Positions 62,710 through 64,000 of a stretch of DNA of 64,000 bases are shown here, one piece after another (positions within the stretch are counted from its first letter, which is position 1; every line of letters begins with the position of its first letter). The position numbers and the translations under genes are program-made. Below the pieces are notes generated by a model. It had not been told where the DNA came from. It ran no database searches and was given only the letters and a program-made list of their open reading frames with translations. The DNA is from Mobula birostris (Eukaryota), in assembly GCF_030028105.1 (NCBI RefSeq), contig NC_092400.1:13702001-13766000 (forward strand), in the 5' to 3' direction.

Positions 62710-63255
62710 CAGGCAGGATTTCCCGGTGGCCAACCATTTTAATTCCACTGTTCATTTCCATCCTAACATGCCGATCCATGGCCACCTCTACTGCTGCAAT
62801 GAGGCCATTCTCAGGTGTAAAAGCAACACCCCATATTGCGTCTGTGTAGTCTCCAACCTAATGGCATGAACATTGATTTCTCCCCCTCTCCCTTCCCTCT
62901 TTTTCCATGCCCCATTTTGGCTTCCCTCTTACCACTTCTCACCTGCCTAATACTTCCCTCTGGTGCCCCTCCTCTTTCCTTTCCTCCCATGGTCTACTCT
63001 CCTCTCCTCTCAGATTCCTCCTTCAGCCATTTCTCTCTTCCATCTCTCACCCCAGCATCTTAATACCCCAACTCGCACCACATACCTTCCCCCTAACCTG
63101 AAATCACCTCTTACCAGTTTGTACTCCTTTCACTACTCCCAGTCTGTTATCCTGGCTGCTTCTTCCCTCATTTCCAGTCCTGATGAAGGGTCTCAGCCTG
63201 ATACGTTGACACTGTATTCCTCTCCGTAGATGCTGCTGGATCTGTTGAGTCTCTC
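62710..63255 (+). mobile_element. Penelope-like element 3' fragment with decayed hammerhead
   Basis: QDFPVANHFNST...SLQPNGMNIDFS; 'agtcctgatgaagggtctcagcctgatacgttgac' at 63176-63210. Confidence 0.78.
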
Positions 63256-64000
63256 CTATATATATATATATAAAAAATAGCTTCTGTTTTTCATCATTAT
63301 GACTACCAAATTTGATTTCCCTTATGTCTTCCAAAAACATTTCAAACAATTCAATTATAGTTTGTTATAATGGTGATATGTTAACATATCTTCACTTGCA
63401 CTATCTGAGGCCATATTTTTAGTGTGGTCTAAATATGATATTATTACATTTTCAGTAAATATTTCTGGACCTATGGAAAAATTGTCCTTGATATTTTACC
63501 TAAAATTTGAATTATATTTTTGCTACTCATTTGAAGTGTTAAAATTTTATTCATAAAATTTTAAAAGATTACCAATGAGTTTCCCATTAAGTTTCATGTA
63601 AATACATTGAATTACTTGGATTATTCAGCTAATTAAGTAATTTTATTTTCTGCAAAAATCTGCCAATGCACCTGTGCTGAAGATGCAAATGTCAAATTGG
63701 CAGGTCAAAGTTTACCTAGTGGTCAAGGCTTTGGAACTTTAAATGTACACCTTTTATTTGTAAAATAATCTCCTCAAAAATGAAGCATTGACAGCCTTGC
63801 CTGGAATCACCAGCTTTTGTTCAAGGTACTAGGTCTGAACGCAAAGAATCAATCACGTAGACTCTTGGTATTCCGAAGTCCAGCTGTGGTCTGAGCAGCA
63901 ACAGGGTCTTTTCTCATCTGCCTCAATTTTAATCGTATTTAAATGTCTTTGAATATTGGGGGCATCTAAAAGCTTAAACAGTACAACTTACAGTTTTTAA

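Overview
Eukaryotic (vertebrate) genomic DNA, AT-rich and repeat-dense. The CR1/Rex1/Penelope/V-SINE repeat mix suggests a cartilaginous fish, probably a ray (inference). The window holds four genes in the same order and relative orientation as human 12q24.13: TPCN1 (minus; first coding exon 15875-15971, the rest lies to the left), IQCD/DRC10 (plus; complete, 4 coding exons, 439 aa), RITA1 (minus; complete, 2 coding exons, 288 aa) and DDX54 (plus; coding exons 1-8, runs off the right end). TPCN1/IQCD and RITA1/DDX54 are head-to-head at CpG islands, each with an RFX X-box-like motif. The most notable observations are: (1) dispersed short Penelope-derived insertions with target-site duplications that carry minimal hammerhead ribozyme motifs, two with intact cores; (2) a RITA1 protein with two PLLWSP CSL-binding-type motifs; (3) a piece of RITA1 coding exon copied into a nearby repeat; (4) a decayed duplicate of the IQCD IQ-motif exon; (5) an out-of-frame upstream ATG at DDX54; (6) a GC-rich minisatellite with higher-order structure; (7) nested and TIR-bounded transposons. 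I see no wholly new gene system. All homology calls come from recalled protein and repeat motifs, not from database searches.
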